This document shows positions 20,794 to 30,994 of a stretch of DNA of 64,000 bases, piece after piece. Made by a program: the position numbers and the translations under genes. The notes under the pieces are model-generated. The model saw only the letters and a program-made list of their open reading frames with translations. It did not search any database and had not been told where the DNA came from. How positions within the stretch are numbered: position 1 is the first letter of the stretch; each line of letters opens with the position of its first letter. The DNA lies in the IMG/VR virus record IMGVR_UViG_3300042691_032761, one strand, 5' to 3'. The stretch comes from a virus.

Positions 20794-21114
20794 CTATCTG
20801 TGCTCTATTCTATCTTCTAGTGCTTCTAATGTTTTGCCTAAAGTGGCAATTTGTATTTTTAATTCATTCATAACTTCTGTATTTTTTTGCAACATTTGGG
20901 TCAAAGCATTTTGTGTTTCTTTATTAATAGCCAATCTTTCCATTATAAACTGACGATCATGTAAATATGGAGATTTAGTTTCTATCATATCTGCAACTTC
21001 TGATCTGGTTGCCATATTCTTCCCAATAGTAAACCAAAAACCTATCATTGTTACAATGATCCCTATGCTGGTCGTTGCTATATTTTCCCAGAAATGAATT
21101 ATAGTTTCATTCAT
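20794..21114 (-). CDS. TM + coiled-coil protein
   Basis: N-terminal TM, C-terminal heptads. Confidence 0.6.
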   Translation of the reverse strand: MNETIIHFWENIATTSIGIIVTMIGFWFTIGKNMATRSEVADMIETKSPYLHDRQFIMERLAINKETQNALTQMLQKNTEVMNELKIQIATLGKTLEALEDRIEHR

Positions 21115-21131
21115 AGTTTTAACCTTTCAAG

Positions 21132-21167
21132 AAAAAAAGCCACCAATACTTTGCAGTACGATGGCTT
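21132..21167 (-). terminator. intrinsic terminator
   Basis: Minus strand AAGCCATCGTACT-GCAA-AGTATTGGTGGCTT followed by a T run. Confidence 0.75.
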
Positions 21168-21194
21168 GATTCCTTTGTAAAGCCTTAAGAATAA

Positions 21195-21761
21195 TTACCA
21201 GTTGGTTTTTGCTTTGTATTCTGAGTTAGCATCACTACCATAAACAGGATTTTTTGCACCAGCCATATAGACAATCTGACCAGGAGCGGACTGAGTTGGT
21301 GTTGCTGCAACGTCTGTTGCTAGAGCGTCGGTAGCAACTGTTGGATTCTGGGTGGCACCGCTTTGGTTGTTGGCAAATTGACCAGTGTAGATATTCCATA
21401 GACCAGCTCTAATTGCAGTAGTAAATCTGCGTGTACGAAGTGTTTCAAGTTTATGAATACTTCTAACTAATGATGGCTGAGACGCGCCACTTTGTAATAC
21501 GCTATTGCTAACACCAGATAGTGTAGTGGTTAGTCTTTTTGCAATTGGTTTGGGATTGTCATATTTAAAAGTACCAGCGGATACGGCCTCGTCTGCCCAA
21601 CTATTATCAATAACGGTTGAGCCAAAACCAGTATCCTGTGTTTTGCCTAATGTTACTTGATCTACTAGAGTGGTGGTAGAACCAACATTTATTGCTGCAC
21701 CACCAGTATTTTTTGTGGATGTGGCTGTCGTACTACTGCCATTTTGTTGAATTGAGGCCAT
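21195..21761 (-). CDS. Thr/Ser/Ala-rich protein, probable virion protein
   Basis: Composition; own upstream element and terminator; virion role is inference. Confidence 0.5.
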   Translation of the reverse strand: MASIQQNGSSTTATSTKNTGGAAINVGSTTTLVDQVTLGKTQDTGFGSTVIDNSWADEAVSAGTFKYDNPKPIAKRLTTTLSGVSNSVLQSGASQPSLVRSIHKLETLRTRRFTTAIRAGLWNIYTGQFANNQSGATQNPTVATDALATDVAATPTQSAPGQIVYMAGAKNPVYGSDANSEYKAKTNW

Positions 21762-21856
21762 TTTAATCTCCATGAAAGATGGTATTGTAGTTCCATATCT
21801 ATAATACCCCTAAAATTTGATTTTGATGGTATTTTAGTGTAAATTAATTTGACCTA

Positions 21857-22528
21857 TTATTTATTTATATGCAAACGACCAACTACTCTACTTAAACTAT
21901 TGATAGTAAAGCATTTTAAACCATATATATCAGAATTTTTACAAACATTAATTGCTTGCTTATCATTCCATATATTACCATTAGCAATAATTTTTAGTTC
22001 TGGAACTTTTTTATTTACTAAAACTGTTGCTATGATATTATCTGATATATCGTCTAAAAATTGACCAGTTGAGGGGTAGATAGTTTGTATTTTAAATCCA
22101 GATAAGATTTGAGCAACTTTATACATTAAATCTAGAGTAAAAACCCTGTACTCAAGAACATATCTTATTTCCACACTTTGTGATTCACAAAAATCTCTTA
22201 TGGTAGAAATATCCTCTCTAAATTTGTCATATTTTCTATTGCATAAATAATAATTTGGAGCGACCATCTCTATGATCTTTGCCCCATTTTTAATTGCAAA
22301 CTCTACATTAGATAATCTGGTTTTTAGATCAGATTGCCCATACGGATAGTCTATTATAGAAGATAATTTTGTATGAGAATTTTCTGGAATCAAAGTTTTA
22401 GCTAATTTTAAATTGTGAGGAAACAAAGATATTGTTTGTGGTGAAAATTTAAGAGCTTGCAAAATAATTTCTTTTATTTCATTATCATTACTTGCTATGT
22501 CATAATGACCAAATTCAATTTGTTTCAT
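21857..22528 (-). CDS. DeoC (DERA)-like TIM barrel, catalytically degenerate
   Basis: IDYPYG, GAKIIEMV, YVLEY, YPSTG (normally KTSTG), IIANGNI (normally KAxGGI). Confidence 0.75.
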   Translation of the reverse strand: MKQIEFGHYDIASNDNEIKEIILQALKFSPQTISLFPHNLKLAKTLIPENSHTKLSSIIDYPYGQSDLKTRLSNVEFAIKNGAKIIEMVAPNYYLCNRKYDKFREDISTIRDFCESQSVEIRYVLEYRVFTLDLMYKVAQILSGFKIQTIYPSTGQFLDDISDNIIATVLVNKKVPELKIIANGNIWNDKQAINVCKNSDIYGLKCFTINSLSRVVGRLHINK

Positions 22529-22529
22529 T

Positions 22530-23216
22530 TTATTTTTTCTTTACATAGGTTTTTAGATAATCAATATTAGGAAACTGTTTAGTTCCTAATACACCATCTG
22601 CAAACCCATATTGAACAGCTTCCTCTGCTGTTAATATCCAATCACACCTATTATTTAGTTGTGATTCTATGTGCTTTTTAACCATCATCTTTTTCCAATT
22701 TTTATGTTTACACAGAGGGCCTTCCATACACCTGTCTGTAAAAATATCTATCATTTTATGACATTCTTTTTCATTCCATTCAATGGAACTGGCCGCGGCC
22801 TTTGAGTGTTCTCCATCCAGACTCAAAAATCCATAATGAATTAATAGATTTGTATTAGGCATTAGTATTCTGAGATTTGCGGACTGCAATAGTACTCCGC
22901 TGGAAGATTCTGCTTTTGCATATGCCAAGATGATAATCTTTGCTTTAGATAATTTAATTGTATCATACATACCAAGACAATCTTGCCAGTCTCCTCCTGG
23001 TAAATGCATATGTATTAGTATTGGCTCTAAAGATAATGTATTTAAGTATCTAATATTTTTTTCCAAAGTTACAGCACTTCTGTAATCAACACCACCTTCT
23101 TCTTCGTCTCCATGGTATGAGTGAAGATAAATTTCTCTATTACAAACATCAATATTGTACAGATGTATGGAGTTAAGAGAGGTCTCTATTGCTGTTTTTT
23201 CATTTGTATTTGTCAT
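22530..23216 (-). CDS. clpP: ClpP-like protease
   Basis: HLPGG, AESSSG (Ser), LLIH (His), RCDWILTAEEAVQYGFAD (Asp). Confidence 0.85.
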   Translation of the reverse strand: MTNTNEKTAIETSLNSIHLYNIDVCNREIYLHSYHGDEEEGGVDYRSAVTLEKNIRYLNTLSLEPILIHMHLPGGDWQDCLGMYDTIKLSKAKIIILAYAKAESSSGVLLQSANLRILMPNTNLLIHYGFLSLDGEHSKAAASSIEWNEKECHKMIDIFTDRCMEGPLCKHKNWKKMMVKKHIESQLNNRCDWILTAEEAVQYGFADGVLGTKQFPNIDYLKTYVKKK

Positions 23217-23623
23217 ATATTACACAGTTTTTTTTCTATAGATTGCATGACCTGTCTGTCTTGAAACGCCTTTCCTATTCCTATTCTAAATCTGTATCTT
23301 GTAAAGATATCTAATGTTTCAACACCATCTGTTGTTTCTATTAAATATGCAATACTATCTACAATAGTAAAATTTGTATGTCCTGTCCAGAAATTGAATA
23401 TTTTGCTACTAGCAGTATATTCATTATATGGAATGATACCCATTGGGGTTGCTATAACTCTTACTGGATCTGATCTTTTTACCAAGTTTTCTTGATCGTC
23501 ATCAGTTTCTTCTGAAAAATCTCCGTCCTCAAAGAAATTATCATCATCAACATTTATTTCATTTTCATCATAGCCGATAAAAGGATCTCTCCATTTTTCC
23601 CATATTATTTTTTTATCATTCAT
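23213..23623 (-). CDS. hypothetical protein
   Basis: IIWEKWRDP, FWTGHTNF, TRYRFRIGIGK; start uncertain. Confidence 0.6.
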   Translation of the reverse strand: MNDKKIIWEKWRDPFIGYDENEINVDDDNFFEDGDFSEETDDDQENLVKRSDPVRVIATPMGIIPYNEYTASSKIFNFWTGHTNFTIVDSIAYLIETTDGVETLDIFTRYRFRIGIGKAFQDRQVMQSIEKKLCNI

Positions 23624-23627
23624 GATA

Positions 23628-24041
23628 TTACTTATTTTTAAAGACATTAATAGGTCTAATGACTGGCATCTTATTTTTTTTCTCTTCTTGTTTTTTAACT
23701 TGGTATTTTGCTTTCCAGAAAAACAAAACATTAGTCATAAATAAATTATCGTTTTCTGAATTTTTTGATAGAACCTCCATTGATTCCAATATCAAGTCTT
23801 TGATATAATTATTATCACCACAAAAATCATTTAGTAAAGCGGCGAAACTCTCCGCTTGCTCCAAAAAATCTTTTTCTTTCTCCACAAAGCTATAGGGATG
23901 AATTTTTATTAAAGGAATTATATTTTCTGTTTTCAGATCAAATATAAAGTGTAATTCAATTATATCTTTATTATTATGTGAAAGAATAATATTATTTGTT
24001 TTATTTTTTGGAAATATTATATTCTTGATATGTGATATCAT
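23628..24041 (-). CDS. hypothetical protein
   Basis: 137-aa ORF. Confidence 0.55.
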   Translation of the reverse strand: MISHIKNIIFPKNKTNNIILSHNNKDIIELHFIFDLKTENIIPLIKIHPYSFVEKEKDFLEQAESFAALLNDFCGDNNYIKDLILESMEVLSKNSENDNLFMTNVLFFWKAKYQVKKQEEKKNKMPVIRPINVFKNK

Positions 24042-24042
24042 C

Positions 24043-24405
24043 TTATAACTTTTTTAGTATAGAACTAGTTTTTAACAAAGTATCCGAATTGATCCAAAAG
24101 GACTTGTATATTTTTGTATCAAATGGCACCATACAGCCATAAAATATTTTTGTCATTATATTCTGTCCATCCGATACAATCTCATAATCAATTAATTTAA
24201 TATTCAACCATCTATGATCTAAATAAACATGTTTCGACAATAGTTCTTCAATAAAAAATTCTTTATTTCGATCCATTAACTTATTAGGATCTATTTTGGA
24301 TACATCTAAATAAGGTAGTATCAATTCATTTTCAGCAGTGGATAGCAAATAAAAAGCATTATTTTTTACAGAATAAACTAATAGCTCTATTGATACGTTT
24401 AACAT
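24043..24405 (-). CDS. hypothetical protein
   Basis: 120-aa ORF. Confidence 0.55.
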   Translation of the reverse strand: MLNVSIELLVYSVKNNAFYLLSTAENELILPYLDVSKIDPNKLMDRNKEFFIEELLSKHVYLDHRWLNIKLIDYEIVSDGQNIMTKIFYGCMVPFDTKIYKSFWINSDTLLKTSSILKKL

Positions 24406-24959
24406 AATGTTTTTAATATTTTAAGACCCTTATTGATATTTTGTCTTACAGCTTCTCTTGTAACGCCGTATTTCTTTCCTATATCAGACAAGGTTTTATC
24501 ATCATAATAATATAGTCTAATCTGTTCTCTTTGTTTAACAGAAAGTGGGGCTATATCGAGAAGAATTTTAACATCTCTGATCAGATTGTTTTCAGCTTCT
24601 TGTTTTTCTACAACTTTTGATGGATTATCATAGTCAATATATTCTGAATTTTCTATTATATGATCCATTTGTTTTTTTTGTTTTTTGTTCTTTTTATACT
24701 TTTGCGTTACATAAGTTTTAATTGCCCATATAGCGCATTGATTTCTGTAAGAATATAAACTTTTACCTTTTCCAGATTTTGTTCCTTTTCTATCCTTATC
24801 CCAATTCCAATCCGCCATCATGATCGCTTCTGCTATCTCATAAACTGTTTCGTCGTTAGATAGCATTTCTTTCACTAAAGATGGATACATTTTAGATCCA
24901 AATTTAGATATCGTTTTTTTAGCTATAGTCGTATAATTAGACAGAGTATCAAATTCCAT
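24399..24959 (-). CDS. sigma-70 family RNA polymerase sigma factor
   Basis: Region 2-like AIMMADWNWD...SLYSYRNQCAIWAI; region 4 HTH KTLSDIGKKYGVTREAVRQ; AGGAGG SD. Confidence 0.85.
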   Translation of the reverse strand: MEFDTLSNYTTIAKKTISKFGSKMYPSLVKEMLSNDETVYEIAEAIMMADWNWDKDRKGTKSGKGKSLYSYRNQCAIWAIKTYVTQKYKKNKKQKKQMDHIIENSEYIDYDNPSKVVEKQEAENNLIRDVKILLDIAPLSVKQREQIRLYYYDDKTLSDIGKKYGVTREAVRQNINKGLKILKTLC

Positions 24960-24996
24960 AGTTCCTCCTTATAAGTCCTTCGGTCAATTAATATAA

Positions 24997-25482
24997 TTAC
25001 TTGGTTAGTTTTTTCCACTGATCACTATCTGGTCTGTCCTTATCTCCAGGCTTTGCTGGCTTATAATTCTTTCCCATTTTTTCTTTTTTCTTACGAATAT
25101 TTTCCCATAATCCCGGAAGATTCTTTGCTGCTTCCGCACCCTCTGTATCGGTTTCTGTTTCGCCATACATTAGAAAATTATGGATCGTAAGCATATAATC
25201 TTCTGTTACAGCGATTTTACCCTGTAACCAACTTTCGGTCAAGCCTTCTTTTACAGAGCCGCTCTCTACAGCGTCCACTATGGCTTGTGCGTGTTGAGCA
25301 ATAGATTTGATTGACCCTAGGCTCATTGTATAAAAATCATATTTATATTCCATAAGTTCCATTTCTGGACTTTCAACTTCTATTTCTTCTACTTTTGTAA
25401 AGTCATTTTCTGCTTTTGTTTTTTGTGCAGTCTCTGAGACTGTCTTTGTAATTGATTTTAGTATTTCATGAATTCTATCCAT
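24997..25482 (-). CDS. modular phage hypothetical protein
   Basis: WLQGKIAVTEDY and PGLWENIRKKK modules. Confidence 0.6.
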   Translation of the reverse strand: MDRIHEILKSITKTVSETAQKTKAENDFTKVEEIEVESPEMELMEYKYDFYTMSLGSIKSIAQHAQAIVDAVESGSVKEGLTESWLQGKIAVTEDYMLTIHNFLMYGETETDTEGAEAAKNLPGLWENIRKKKEKMGKNYKPAKPGDKDRPDSDQWKKLTK

Positions 25483-25506
25483 TATATTATCTCCGTATTA
25501 ATAAAA

Positions 25507-26016
25507 TTACCACGCTTTACAAGACCAATATCTTGCTTTCCATTTTGGGCCTGGATTGTCGCAATTGTGTCTGGCTCTAAAACTTCTGCGTCTTTCTGGA
25601 ATATTTTTTTTGATTGTCATATTAGGATCACCAAAATTGACCTTGACAACATTTCCGCTTTCATTTTTGACATAAACACTAAATTTTTTGGGACCATCTG
25701 GTGTTCTGAAAGGCTTGTTCAAGGTCACTTTGCGTCCATTTTTTTCAGCCGCTATTACCTTTCCATCTTCATCATAAATTTCTGATGCTTCAATTTCCCA
25801 TACAAATTCATCCCATTCATCATCCCACGAACAATTATTAGCAAAAAGTTCATCGTGAACTTCTTCTAATAAATTTCCTTTGGTTCTGGTACCACCCAAA
25901 CAAATAGCAACTCTTTGCTTGCTATCTGGATAGTCTTTTTTCATTATTTCGCTACTCATGCAGCGACTAACATATTTCTGCTTGTCTTCGTTTGGTTTTT
26001 TTTCTGGAATGGGCAT
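25507..26016 (-). CDS. modular phage hypothetical protein
   Basis: MPIP..YVSRCM..QRVAIC and VNFGDPNM...SFRARHNC...ARYWSC modules. Confidence 0.65.
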   Translation of the reverse strand: MPIPEKKPNEDKQKYVSRCMSSEIMKKDYPDSKQRVAICLGGTRTKGNLLEEVHDELFANNCSWDDEWDEFVWEIEASEIYDEDGKVIAAEKNGRKVTLNKPFRTPDGPKKFSVYVKNESGNVVKVNFGDPNMTIKKNIPERRRSFRARHNCDNPGPKWKARYWSCKAW

Positions 26017-26032
26017 ATATTATCTCCTATAT

Positions 26033-27121
26033 TTATATACACTTTAAAAGTTGATCGACAGAATTCTTCCAAGAAAACTTTTGGCCTGTTTTTATGCCTT
26101 CTGGATTTTTTCTGGTTTTGGCTTTATACATCTGTCTCATTAATTCTACAGCATGATCTAATTGACTATCTCCTAATTTAGCCCAATTCCCTGTTCCAAA
26201 GAACCATTTTCCGTCATATGCTGGTTCAAGTTCTGTAATGTCAATTAGATTAGCATTATCTTTATTACAAAATTCTGTATGCGCAGAATAATTTGTCGTA
26301 ATAATTGGCTTACCCATGCTCATCATTTCCAGCAACTCCAAATTCCATCCTTCTGCTCTTGAAAGAAAAATACCACAATCAGCCCTAGACATTTTTTCTG
26401 CAACATCTTTTTGTGTTTTGACTCGGGGAATAATAGTGATTTTATCTTTTAAAGGAGATGTTAGATAATAATTATGCCAATCTGTTAATTCTTTTTCAGA
26501 AAAACATGTTTTATCCGACGATGCCGCTATCCATAATTCTACATTGTCATCTTTAGTAAATGCTTTAGTAAAAACTTGTAATAAAACGTCATATGCTTTT
26601 CTTATTTCCCATTTTCCTCCAACCATAAAAATATATGGATCATCATCATTTTTGTCTTTACAAATGTTATGATCAAAAATATCTGTATTAACACCCAGAG
26701 GTACTACATCTATCTGAGAATTTATATTTTGATTAATTAATATGTCTTTTGCCCACTGTGATGCAACAATCAGTCTATCAGGAACTTTGAGATGGATTAA
26801 TTCTCTAGGATTAAAAGTATCCAATTCAAAAAATGGAAAAGCAATATATTTACCAGTTCCTATTCTTTCTGCAAGATCAAATTGGTGCCAAATTTTGATA
26901 CAGGTTCCTTTAGGGTCAAAATTTTTTACTACCATATCATGTAACTGTTTGCTTTCCTCTTCTGAATCCAGTTTTGGCACGTCTCCAAATTTCTGGACAC
27001 TAATTGGAAATACTGTGAGATCTATATCTTTTCTACCATATAGCTCTTTAGCTATATTCCAACCAACGACTCCATAACCAGTATACCCTATTGGACTATT
27101 TATCAGTATTGATTTATTCAT
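26033..27121 (-). CDS. GT4-type glycosyltransferase
   Basis: TGYG, KWEIRK, SRAEGWNLELLEMMSMGKPII. Confidence 0.85.
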   Translation of the reverse strand: MNKSILINSPIGYTGYGVVGWNIAKELYGRKDIDLTVFPISVQKFGDVPKLDSEEESKQLHDMVVKNFDPKGTCIKIWHQFDLAERIGTGKYIAFPFFELDTFNPRELIHLKVPDRLIVASQWAKDILINQNINSQIDVVPLGVNTDIFDHNICKDKNDDDPYIFMVGGKWEIRKAYDVLLQVFTKAFTKDDNVELWIAASSDKTCFSEKELTDWHNYYLTSPLKDKITIIPRVKTQKDVAEKMSRADCGIFLSRAEGWNLELLEMMSMGKPIITTNYSAHTEFCNKDNANLIDITELEPAYDGKWFFGTGNWAKLGDSQLDHAVELMRQMYKAKTRKNPEGIKTGQKFSWKNSVDQLLKCI

Positions 27122-28223
27122 ATAATTTATTGTGTGTATTGTTTACTTGGATGAAAGTTGTTTTTTTGCCAAAATCTTTAATTTTATTGGCGCCAATATA
27201 AGTGCAAGCACTTCTTATGCCTCCGTAAATATCTTGAATAATTTTTTCTGCTTTACCTTTATATTGGACAATGGCACATTTGCCTTCTGCTGTTCTGTAA
27301 TCAGCGATGCCATTATGATGTTTCTCCATAGCATTTTTACTACTCATACCATAGTATTGCAAAGATGCCTTACGTTTAGTATTGTTGTTTTTAGGATCAA
27401 TCGGTTGCCACGAACCTAATGAGGTAAGGTATTCATACGTCCATTCTCCTTCACACTCATCCACTCCTGCAAACATACTTCCCAACATAACAAAATCACT
27501 GTTACCTCCAAATGCTTTGCAAACATCTCCTACTACTTTGCATCCTCCATCAGAACAGATATGACCACCAAGACCATGAGCAGCATCAGAGCATTCCATT
27601 ACAGCACTCAGTTGTGGGTATCCTACGCCCGTTTTTAAACGAGTGGTACATACACTACCCGAACCTATACCAACCTTGACTATATCAACTTTGCCATGAA
27701 TGATCAATTCTTCGGTCATTTCTGGAGTAACAACATTTCCAGCCATAATAACTGACTCTGGAAATAAGCTACGAAGTTTATGTGCTGTTTTTACAAATTG
27801 TTCTGTGTAACCATTGGCTACGTCTAGGCAGATATTAGGAGTATCAAAATTGTATTTTTTGATTTGACCAAATACTTCTATTGCTTTATTGATATCTTTT
27901 TCACTAGTACCAACAGAATAAAAGGCAAGATTTTTGTTTACAATACTAGGATCTGTATAAAAAGCGACATATTCATTGGTCTTATAGTGTTTATGCAAAC
28001 AGGTTATTGCTCCTTGAAGCCCTAATGATTTTGCCATAGCAAAAGTTCCAACAGTATCCATATTAGCAACCATGATTGGCACTGCTAATAATTTTCTTGG
28101 AGAATACTTAAATTTAAACTCTCGTTGGATACAAACTTCTGAGCGACTGTTCAGTGTTGATCTTTTTGGACGAATTAATACATCATCAAAATCTAATTTT
28201 GTTTCATTAATTATTTTTTGCAT
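27114..28223 (-). CDS. guaC: GMP reductase
   Basis: [53 protein letters not shown]. Confidence 0.93.
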   Translation of the reverse strand: MQKIINETKLDFDDVLIRPKRSTLNSRSEVCIQREFKFKYSPRKLLAVPIMVANMDTVGTFAMAKSLGLQGAITCLHKHYKTNEYVAFYTDPSIVNKNLAFYSVGTSEKDINKAIEVFGQIKKYNFDTPNICLDVANGYTEQFVKTAHKLRSLFPESVIMAGNVVTPEMTEELIIHGKVDIVKVGIGSGSVCTTRLKTGVGYPQLSAVMECSDAAHGLGGHICSDGGCKVVGDVCKAFGGNSDFVMLGSMFAGVDECEGEWTYEYLTSLGSWQPIDPKNNNTKRKASLQYYGMSSKNAMEKHHNGIADYRTAEGKCAIVQYKGKAEKIIQDIYGGIRSACTYIGANKIKDFGKKTTFIQVNNTHNKLYE

Positions 28224-28224
28224 T

Positions 28225-29130
28225 TTATATTCTTATATTTGGATAGTTACTTATAAAATAATTTACAGTCTCTTTGATACCTTGCTCAATTGAAGTAAAT
28301 TCATATTCAGGAAAATAGGACTTAAACACACTGTTGTCCGAGGATCTTCTTTTTGCCCCTTCTGGTTTTGTTTTATCAAAAATAATGTTTCCAGAAAATT
28401 CCATGTATTCACTTATTAATTGAACTATATGTTTTATTCTTACAGTATTTTTTGGAGATATTATCATAAGATCGCTTGTATCATTTTGGCGATAACACAT
28501 ATTTTTTATTATATCGGCTACGTCTGCAGCATAAACAAACTCTCTTTCTGCTTCTCCGGATCCCCAAATTATAAAATCTTCTCTTTTTTGTTTTGCTACA
28601 AAACATTTATGTATTAGTCCAGGAATTACATGGCTATTTTCCAGATCGAAATTATCGTACATTCCATACATATTACACGGGACTATTCTTTTTACTTTGA
28701 CTCCATATTGGTTATATACGCATCTTGCTCCTATGTCAAGCATTCTTTTTGCGTATCCATAACCCAAGTTTGTGGCGTGTGGTTCTGCTGTATGAAGATC
28801 GGATTCTGTAATTGGCTTATCATCATAATTTGGAAACACACATATAGATAATAATAAAATTGTATCATTTAATTTATACTCGGCACAGGCCCTTAAGATA
28901 TTTAAATTAATCAATGCGTTCTCCATAAAAAAATCATATGGATACTTTGAATTGGCAGAGACTCCTCCTACCTTAGCGGCACAATGTATTATTTGACTGA
29001 TTTCATTTTTTTCAATGTACCTACACAAATCGTCATAATCTTTATAATCCAATTCACTTTTGCTTGGTTTTAATCCAAAATTTATATATGATCCAAGCAT
29101 TCCACCGGATCCTGTTATTAATATGCTCAT
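28225..29130 (-). CDS. fcl: GDP-L-fucose synthase/ColC-like reductase
   Basis: GSGGMLG, AAKVGGV, YGYAKR, SHVIPGLI, WGSG. Confidence 0.85.
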   Translation of the reverse strand: MSILITGSGGMLGSYINFGLKPSKSELDYKDYDDLCRYIEKNEISQIIHCAAKVGGVSANSKYPYDFFMENALINLNILRACAEYKLNDTILLLSICVFPNYDDKPITESDLHTAEPHATNLGYGYAKRMLDIGARCVYNQYGVKVKRIVPCNMYGMYDNFDLENSHVIPGLIHKCFVAKQKREDFIIWGSGEAEREFVYAADVADIIKNMCYRQNDTSDLMIISPKNTVRIKHIVQLISEYMEFSGNIIFDKTKPEGAKRRSSDNSVFKSYFPEYEFTSIEQGIKETVNYFISNYPNIRI

Positions 29131-29972
29131 ATGATATTTAATTTTTCGTTTCTTAATCCCCAATTCTCATCATTTGCTGCAAAATTTGAACATCTCATAT
29201 TTGCATTCATAAATTGAACATCATAATGGTCATGATGATTTAGATGAAAAAATACTATCCCTATGTCTTCTAAATCTCCAGCCAAAGTATATATTCTGGA
29301 TAATCTATCATTGAATTCTATATCTTGAACGCCCCAATATGGAAGTTCTTCCCACCATCCCGTGCTTGATATTGCCATATCTTTGTGGATTAGGAGAGCC
29401 ATGGCCCTTCCATCAAATCCATTAAGAAATATCTTATCGTGTTTGATAGATAAAAGATTTATATTATCAAAATATGGTATTAAATTTTTATATGAATCAG
29501 CATCGTTCCATATTTCTCTTGGAACATGATATCTTGAACCCCAATAATACTGATTGTATATTTTTTGATTATTTAGTTCTTTAACAAAATTATATAGTCT
29601 TTCTAAATCTTCATATCTAATCCAACAGTCAGAATCCCAATATATTACATATTCGCCCGAACTATGTCTAAATGCTACATTATATGCATGGCTTATAGAA
29701 TAGTTGGCTTTTTTACTATATTTTTTGCCAGTTTCATGATCAACATATACGCACTTAAAAAAAGATGGTTTATCTTCTAATAAATGATCCACTATTTTTT
29801 TATCAGATCCCCAATCGCATAGAACAATTTCTATATCATTTTTATTTAACTTTTTTACGTTAGATACCAATTGATTTAGTGTTAGTCTTAACCTTTGATC
29901 TACTCCACCGTTGCCGGATGTGTCTGAGCCATACTTATCATTTTTCCCTTGTATTAATATTGACAAAAGCAT
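29127..29972 (-). CDS. GT2-like glycosyltransferase
   Basis: LCDWGS, YWDSD, WGVQD. Confidence 0.7.
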   Translation of the reverse strand: MLLSILIQGKNDKYGSDTSGNGGVDQRLRLTLNQLVSNVKKLNKNDIEIVLCDWGSDKKIVDHLLEDKPSFFKCVYVDHETGKKYSKKANYSISHAYNVAFRHSSGEYVIYWDSDCWIRYEDLERLYNFVKELNNQKIYNQYYWGSRYHVPREIWNDADSYKNLIPYFDNINLLSIKHDKIFLNGFDGRAMALLIHKDMAISSTGWWEELPYWGVQDIEFNDRLSRIYTLAGDLEDIGIVFFHLNHHDHYDVQFMNANMRCSNFAANDENWGLRNEKLNII

Positions 29973-30994
29973 TATACTAGTTCCTTAATAAATTTTGCCC
30001 ACAATATTGTATTTTTAATACCATTATTTATATTTTCTTCATTAATTTTGCCAAACTCTTTTTCATATTTATCTATACTAACAGAAACAACTGCTGGATT
30101 TCCTTCTATTGGTTGAGATCCATATGTTATTTCGCATGAGAGATCATCTGATATGATATTAGCTATATCTTTGATAGATATTTTGGTTGTTCCAGTAAGA
30201 TTATATATTATGTCTGATCCATTTAAAGTAATCTCGCAAATCATTTCTATGAGATTTTTTATATAGCATAAGGTTCTAATTGATTCTCCATTATCTAACA
30301 GATCAATTTTACCAAATTTCAATCCTTTATTTATTAAAGAGCTTATAACTCTAGTATCGTCCGCTTTAACTCCTGGACCATATGTTGTACTAATTCTTCC
30401 AATCTTAATATTATATTGATCCATCATACTAAGACATATTGTTTCTCCGCATTTCTTTGATTCTATATAACAGGCTCTAGGATGAGTAGGCGTAGTGGTT
30501 CCTATTTCTTCTTCTTTGACAAGACACCTATTTAGTCCACTATATATTTCGCTACTACTAGCATAAAAAAATGTTCCATTTTTATTTAAAAGTCTGAATA
30601 GATTCATAGTACATGTTGTGTTTAATTTTATTGTAGATATTTTATCTTTGGTAAATCTATTAGGCTGAGCGTATCCTGCTGTATGAAAAATTATATCAGC
30701 ACCAAATGACCTATCAGCAAAATAATTTTCTATTTTTGATACAGACTGCTCTAGGGTCAGGTCTCCAATAAAAACTGTACAATCTTTAAATAAAGCTTCT
30801 GTATATTTTTCTGGCTTTGAATTTACAGAACACACTATATCAATAGTATAGAATTTTTTTAAATAAACTAGAAAGGCTAATAAATTGAGACCAATTAGTC
30901 CATTAGCTCCTGTTATTAACACAGTTTTATTATTGAATTTTTTAAATTTTGTATGGTCTATAGTTTTATATTGATCAGATATTAGGTTAAGCAT
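29972..30994 (-). CDS. NAD-dependent sugar epimerase/dehydratase (UDP-glucuronate decarboxylase-like)
   Basis: GANGLIG, ASSSEIY, RACYIESK, TYGPG. Confidence 0.85.
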   Translation of the reverse strand: MLNLISDQYKTIDHTKFKKFNNKTVLITGANGLIGLNLLAFLVYLKKFYTIDIVCSVNSKPEKYTEALFKDCTVFIGDLTLEQSVSKIENYFADRSFGADIIFHTAGYAQPNRFTKDKISTIKLNTTCTMNLFRLLNKNGTFFYASSSEIYSGLNRCLVKEEEIGTTTPTHPRACYIESKKCGETICLSMMDQYNIKIGRISTTYGPGVKADDTRVISSLINKGLKFGKIDLLDNGESIRTLCYIKNLIEMICEITLNGSDIIYNLTGTTKISIKDIANIISDDLSCEITYGSQPIEGNPAVVSVSIDKYEKEFGKINEENINNGIKNTILWAKFIKELV

